Origin: Podarcis erhardii
Lineage: Eukaryota
Strand: one strand, 5' to 3'
NCBI GenBank assembly: GCA_964252035.1
Contig: OZ176212.1
DNA: 64,000 bases
The position numbers and the translations under genes were made by a program. Shown piece by piece: positions 59,448 to 64,000 of this stretch; position 1 is the stretch's first letter; the number at the start of each line of letters is the position of its first letter. Below the pieces are notes generated by a model. The model saw only the letters and a program-made list of their open reading frames with translations, made no database searches and was not told the DNA's origin.

Positions 59448-61084
59448 CAGCCTTATTTCCATTCAGCACATGAACTTTGCTTCACAATCAATATCAATAC
59501 AATATTCTGCCTTGTCACCAAAGACACCTCTAAAAATTCACAGATTAAAATCCTATTTTATAACTTGATTAAGAGAAAGGTAAAGATCCTTCTTCTTCCT
59601 CTGTCCTCTCCCTTGCAAAGAATGGCAGGAAGAGGTTATAATACCCATGTTTCGACATTGGTTAGTATTCTCTGGAAATCTGCTGAGACGTTATCAAAGT
59701 GATACTTAGCCATGCTGAGAGTGATAATTATAGGTGAGATAATAACAAGCTCTCTTTACATCAGGAACATCAGAAAATGCCCAATAATAATAATAATAAC
59801 CCTGTTTCTGATGTTTCATTCAAAGTTCTTTCTGTTTATGGGATGACAAAAGGGCACGCAGAATTAACAGCAATGAGGAAGAGAAAAACAGTGGGCCAAT
59901 CTCTTATCAGTGCTGACCAGTAGAAATGATTAATCTGACCTCCTAACATTTCCCACCTGAACACAAGCTCATTAGTTTTCTGACAATTATACCGAGACGA
60001 AGGAATGGTGAGAAGGACAACTATTTGTGTTCCTGATAGAAAAGTACCTCACAACTAATTGGAGGGAGTAATATATGGAAGTAATAAAAAAAAAAGAGTA
60101 GTGAATGGTGGTATTATATTTTCTGATAAAATGGAGCTTAATTTCACTCCTGTTCAAAATGCTTTTACTCCAAAATATTCATTCAGAAGCATTCTGCCCA
60201 TCGTATTACAATAAACCCATTAAAAATACCAAAATCGTTATTCATTGAATTTTAAGTTTAAAACCCCCACACCAGGAACGGTCTAGCATATATTGCCCAT
60301 GACCACAGGCATCCCCCACTGCACATGATGAATAACCAAATAATTTAATTAATACCCAGAAATGAAGGGAGAGAGCTGGAGAGTTCTCATGGCTTGTGAG
60401 GGCAGAGACTGGAGGTGCAGCAGGGGGATGTTTATGCTACTCAGTCCCCCCCCCCCACCTGACAGCTAATGTGCATAGAAGAGCAGCAGAAGCAGCAACT
60501 TTTCCACACATCCCCCAGTCAGCCCCCAAAATTCCAGATGTGGGTATTTTAGGTGCAGTATTTTTTATCCGGAATGGAGGGAGAGCAGCAGAGAAGACAT
60601 CCAAAGGGTTTTAGATGGTGCTCCCCACTTATCCAATCTTCATTTATGAACGTGGGCCACTTGAACATAACCCCCAAGTAAGTGGGACTCGCTGTACTGA
60701 AATCTCTGAGACTGGATAATCATGACAGTAGCAACTCTACTGAAACCTTACTGATAGGGAAAAAACCTAGAAAGGAATGATAATTTTTTTTAAAAAAAAT
60801 GTTGCTCAGTGTATTGTTTTTTCTTGTTCAGTTTCTAATCAATTACCCTCTGAATTTCTAGTCAGGTCTCAATATTTTATGGTACTGATGGTTTCTAAAA
60901 TAATGCTTAGGGTTAAAACAAGATAAGAGGCTCCTGTCTCAGAGAGACCATATTTTGGTTTTAAAAGAAATCACACATAACAATTGCAACATGTAAAATA
61001 TAACAGAGTTTAATGGTGTGGATACAGAGAGATTACATTGCTCATATTTTGGTGGAAAAAAACGAGAGATGTTAGATTAATTTG

Positions 61085-61983
61085 TTACTTCTTATTTATT
61101 AACTTCTCCTTGCTGTTCAGATCAGGTCTCAACACAATGATGTAGCATTTGGGAGCAAATATGGAGCCCAGTAAGCCAGCACTGGAGGCCAAGATGGAGA
61201 AGATCTCCACAGCCACCATATATTTCCCCTTGGTGCTCAGATACACTGGAACAAACGAGATCCAAACACTACAAAACAACAACATGCTGAAGGTGATGAA
61301 TTTGGCTTCATTAAAGCTGTCAGGCAGTTTCCTGGCAAAAAAGGCCACAACAAAGCTGACAATGGCCAAAAAGCCCATATAGCCCAGGACACAGTAAAAC
61401 AGGGCAACTGACCCTTCGTGGCAGCTTAGAATGATTTCCCTCATCACAGAGTGCATGTCGGAATGAAGGGATGGTGGAGAGGTTCCTAACCATACAGTGC
61501 AAATGCCTGTTTGGATAAGGGAACAAGAAATCACAATGGAGCTTGCCAGTCTTTTCCCCACCCACTTCCTCATTCGAGATCCTGGTTTGGTGGCCACAAA
61601 GGCAAGAACCACTGTGATCGTTTTGGCCAGAACACAAGAAACAGTCACTGTGAAAACAAGGCCAAAAGCCATTTGTCGGAGCAGGCAGCTCACTCTTTCT
61701 GGAGGGCTGAGGAAGATCAATGGGCAGAGAAAGCAGAGCAGGAGGAAAGTGAGGAGAGTGTAGGTGAGGTCCCGATTGTTTGCTCTGACAATGGGTGTGT
61801 CCTGATGTTTAATGAAGATGACTAGGACCACCACTGTGAGGAGAGAAAGAGAAAGAGCAAACAATGCTAAGCTCATCCCCAGAGGCTCTTTAAAGGACAG
61901 GAAGCTGATGGTCTTTGGAATGCATTGTGATTGGTCTCTGTGTGGATAGTGGTCCTTTGGGCACGCAACACAGTCTACCATGT
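61085..61983 (-). CDS. V2R gene G, partial (exon 6, 7TM domain only; exons 1-5 lie right of the window)
   Basis: Acceptor ttccag|AC at 61983 begins an 899-nt exon homologous to the other exon 6 copies. The adjoining intron 5 aligns to F intron 5 up to about 62615. Confidence 0.92.
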
Positions 61984-62629
61984 CTGGAAAGAAAATAATA
62001 CATTCAGATTTTGGATGTGTTGGAGAGCAACTGCTAACGGTGCGAGTATGGAACTGATAATGTTAAATTAGAAGTATCACACATATTTCAAGAATAACCA
62101 GAATGAACGTGATGCATGAGAACTCCACCTCAACACTTTGTGTTGGGTTATGTGGGGTATCCTGTAATGGCTTGCTAACTCCACATAACCCACATTGTTA
62201 TTGTTCAGAACAGGTACAGTCCATGACCATTTTGCACAGGGGTTCCATTCCCAGCCCTGTTCACCCCCACGCCTATGCTGACCCCATTCCACCCTGCCCA
62301 GGTGTGCGATCACACATTAATCAGAGGCATGTGTGTTTGTTATTGCCTGAACTAAGACAGGTGTCTCCTACCAAGTCATATCACTGGTGCATTGAATTCA
62401 AAATTGCCAGCTGTATTTTAACCTGTGACAAAGATTAGATCATGGGTGACAAACAGATTCTTCTTAGGTCCATAATCCTTTATGGGAGGCTGTCTGCCAA
62501 TAGGTATGGAGGAGAAATTTGGTTTTTATGCCACTTGAATGGGAAAGTTATCTAAATTGAACTCCTTGTAACAACACGTTAATCAAAGTACAGATGTCCT
62601 TAAAATGTGTACTTCTCTAAACATTTGGG

Positions 62630-63658
62630 ATGAAAAACCTTAGATCCGGCAAAACATACAGTACTACACAGTCAAGAAGGGCTTCAATAGTAGGAGCAGC
62701 TGCAGCCCCGCAAACAAAACCTAAAGCTATGTCTACAGAAGACGCTTTGACAAAGGTTCTCGGGAAAATAAATGAATCTCTGGAATTTTTAACAAAGCAA
62801 GGGACTGACACAAGTAAACAAGTAGCTGAGATCTCAAAAAAATTGGATTTAAACACTTCTAGTTTAAAAGAACTGGGAACTCAAGTTTCTGCCAATGCTG
62901 AAAATATTGGAAAGCTTCTTGAGGAATCACCTACTACACGAAAGATTGCTGAGGAGGCAAGAGAGATTGCAACTGAAACACAGGGAAAAATACCACCGGT
63001 TGAAAAGAAACTGGCGGACCATGACTTATCTTTTGCGATGATAGATCTTCAAAGGAGGGATCGTAACTTAAGATTAAGGTTTGTCCCAGAAAGTGAACAG
63101 GACAACTTGGCGGACTTTATCACAAAAGAATTTTTTGATTATTGGCAAGAAGGCCTGCAGGGGGAGCAGCTTAAGATCATAAGTGCATTCAGACTCGGAA
63201 TAAGACAGAAAAAGAATAAACCAAGAGACTGTTTGATTACATTGGGATCAAAAGAAGAAAGAGATAAAATTTTAAATCTACACTATCAAAATACATTGCA
63301 AATTGAAGACTCTTATGTGGAGATTTTTAAAGATATCCCGAAGGCCATTTTGGATGCTAGAGAGGATTATAAAGAATTGGTTGTACTACTGAAAAAAAGT
63401 AGAATTTTCTTCAGGTGGGAATTCCCCCAAGGCCTATCTTTTAAGTACAGAGGAAAGAAGGTCAGAATAAAGACACCAAGTGACAAAGATAAATTCTTGA
63501 GAGACTACGGAGAAGACCTAGTGAAGGAAGCAGAACTTGGAGAAGAGCCAGCAACATCAGGAAAAGGACTACTGGACGTGGCAAATTTATCGTTTGGACT
63601 ACAGCTACCAACGGACGAAGAGCAAAAATTGGGAGCAGTAGGAGGAACAAGTAAATAA
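62630..63658 (+). CDS. L1 ORF1 protein (342 aa; coiled coil plus RRM/CTD-type region)
   Basis: Uninterrupted ORF with a heptad-like N-terminal half and RRDRNLRLRFVPE...AFRLG...FRWEFPQGL. It lies immediately upstream of ORF2. Confidence 0.88.
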   Translation: MKNLRSGKTYSTTQSRRASIVGAAAAPQTKPKAMSTEDALTKVLGKINESLEFLTKQGTDTSKQVAEISKKLDLNTSSLKELGTQVSANAENIGKLLEESPTTRKIAEEAREIATETQGKIPPVEKKLADHDLSFAMIDLQRRDRNLRLRFVPESEQDNLADFITKEFFDYWQEGLQGEQLKIISAFRLGIRQKKNKPRDCLITLGSKEERDKILNLHYQNTLQIEDSYVEIFKDIPKAILDAREDYKELVVLLKKSRIFFRWEFPQGLSFKYRGKKVRIKTPSDKDKFLRDYGEDLVKEAELGEEPATSGKGLLDVANLSFGLQLPTDEEQKLGAVGGTSK

Positions 63659-63665
63659 TCTCATT

Positions 63666-64000
63666 ATGGCCCTGCGAGTGCTGAGTTGGAACTGTAATGG
63701 TTTGAACATTCCTCGCAAGAGGAAGAACGTTTTTCATATTCTACAAAAACAACAATTGGATTTGATTTGCCTACAAGAGACTCATGTGACAAGAGCACAT
63801 AGGAAACTACTCATCAATAAAAAATTAGGACACGAATTTATCTCATCAGACAGAGTGAAAAAAAGAGGAGTGGTTATATATGCAAAGGATAGATTGATGC
63901 CGAAACAGTTATTTAAAGATGAACAAGGAAGATATCTGGCAATTGAAATTCAGTTACAAGGTCAGAAATTTTTGATTTTAGGAATTTACGCACCAAATGA
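63666..64000 (+). CDS. L1 ORF2, N-terminal APE endonuclease (partial, open to the window end)
   Basis: Manual translation gives MALRVLSWNCNGLN...LDLICLQETH...KRGVVIY...GRYL...ILGIYAPN with no stop. It is absent from the ORF track because it runs off the window. Confidence 0.93.
   Translation, partial: MALRVLSWNCNGLNIPRKRKNVFHILQKQQLDLICLQETHVTRAHRKLLINKKLGHEFISSDRVKKRGVVIYAKDRLMPKQLFKDEQGRYLAIEIQLQGQKFLILGIYAPN

Larger units (their letters stand above)
1..62615 (-). repeat. Tandem segmental-duplication array of V2R gene units (period about 9-14 kb)
   Basis: Exon 6 stop codons recur at 6929, 18428, 28998, 38089, 46879 and 61085. Introns and spacers align between units, e.g. position 1 'tattgaaaatcctagtattgacc' recurs near 11810, 24120 and 33213. 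Confidence 0.97.
62618..64000 (+). mobile_element. Young L1-clade LINE in G intron 5 (continues beyond the window)
   Basis: Intron homology to F ends at about 62615. An open ORF1 and the start of ORF2 follow, separated by a 7-nt spacer. Confidence 0.93.

Noticed and set aside
1-64000. CRISPR array, prokaryotic operon or defence system
   Set aside because: There are no regularly spaced short repeats with unique spacers. The spliced gene structure and vertebrate TEs show this is animal nuclear DNA.

Overview
Vertebrate (squamate reptile, most likely lizard) genomic DNA, not microbial: no CRISPR, rRNA or tRNA features were seen. The window is part of a head-to-tail tandem array of vomeronasal type-2 receptor (V2R, class C GPCR) genes, all on the minus strand. 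Five complete six-exon genes (called B-F here) have canonical GT-AG junctions, matching exon phases and open frames of 874-879 aa. Two partial genes run off the ends: A (exons 1-2) and G (exon 6). The units fall into two sequence types (type I: A-D; type II: F, G), and gene E sits on the switch point as an apparent hybrid. Introns and spacers carry many transposon insertions, several with exact target-site duplications (TSDs) and an empty site in a paralogous unit: L1, L2, RTE-BovB, Penelope fragments, solo LTRs, and hAT and Tigger-type MITEs. The best second-look items are: a hybrid receptor gene; exon-level mosaicism; a minimal hammerhead ribozyme motif completed by host sequence; a TSD-bounded 1.1 kb non-coding element with an L1-like start, with a different relative at the same nucleotide in another paralog; and an ORF1-only L1. 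I found no evidence for a wholly new multi-gene system. Family assignments are from motif recognition only; no database search was run.
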